Both the position numbers and the translations under genes were made by a program. The notes below the pieces were generated by a model that was given only the letters and a program-made list of their open reading frames with translations, ran no database searches and had not been told where the DNA came from. A DNA stretch of 64,000 bases, from the NCBI GenBank assembly GCA_002104905.1, contig MCFE01000334.1, positions 1 to 64,000 on the forward strand, written 5' to 3'. This DNA comes from Basidiobolus meristosporus CBS 931.73. Taxonomy: Eukaryota > Fungi > Basidiobolomycota. Shown here piece by piece: positions 63,701-64,000 of the stretch. Positions within the stretch are counted from its first letter, which is position 1; each line of letters opens with the position of its first letter.

Positions 63701-63805
63701 TTTTTTGGAAGCATATATATGGAAGTGAGTCAAAGCAAAAGGGAAATAATGTTAAATATATGTGGGTATGTGGTGCCATAACTTTATCTATAATGCTTAC
63801 AATGG
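60728..63805 (+). mobile_element. CMC/EnSpm left-end fragments (starts at 60728 and 61458) with the minus-strand accessory ORF region (62016-63714)
   Basis: CCCTATGAAAAATCTC (as at 9375) and CCCTATAAGAAATTATT (as at 2387); MLPKNKAKLSGSQPNPT.. is homologous to 22394-22798. Confidence 0.7.
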
Positions 63806-64000
63806 TATGGTGGTGTATAGGTCCAAGGGAGAGATATGTCCAACACTTCTCAGGTGTTTTGTGTGTGGGGTGTTCACTGGGTGCAATAACCTCTAGCAAA
63901 AGCTTGCTAGGAATACTTATGTTCTGTCTCTAATCTATAGTGATGGTGAATAAAACCACAAGCTTGTCAAGGGAAAACTATTGAGCTACAATCCCAACTT
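63806..64000 (-). mobile_element. Family L1070 LTR, inverted, running off the window
   Basis: Reverse complement of the 3' end of 7996-9064 and 23211-24280. Confidence 0.85.

Overview
Eukaryotic, fungal-type genomic DNA in three compartments. (i) 1-43.4 kb and 59.2-64 kb are nested, CpG-depleted, decayed transposons: Ty1/copia, Ty3/gypsy, CMC/EnSpm-type DNA transposons with CCCTATGAA ends, and solo LTRs. (ii) ~43.4-58.7 kb is a CpG-rich gene island with short-intron fungal genes: a Sel1-repeat CHS4/SKT5 chitin-synthase activator with a CaaX end, a bacterial-type cupin, SVF1, and a two-finger C2H2 transcription factor. (iii) The main find is a ~7.7 kb AT-rich, intronless, gene-dense block (12937-20627) inside the pol gene of an LTR-bounded Ty3/gypsy element, where it replaces the reverse-transcriptase core. 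It encodes a stand-alone C-terminal half of RNA polymerase Rpb1, a UDG-fold protein, a FEN1/XPG-fold protein, a SWIB-domain protein and several orphans, separated by ~50-bp tandem arrays. This gene set is best explained as an endogenised fragment of a giant DNA virus (Nucleocytoviricota, possibly Pimascovirales-like). It keeps its CpGs, while the flanking retroelement has lost nearly all of them. All family assignments come from motif recognition by eye and all counts are hand counts; no database search was run. The host looks like an early-diverging fungus with a TE-bloated genome, which is an inference.
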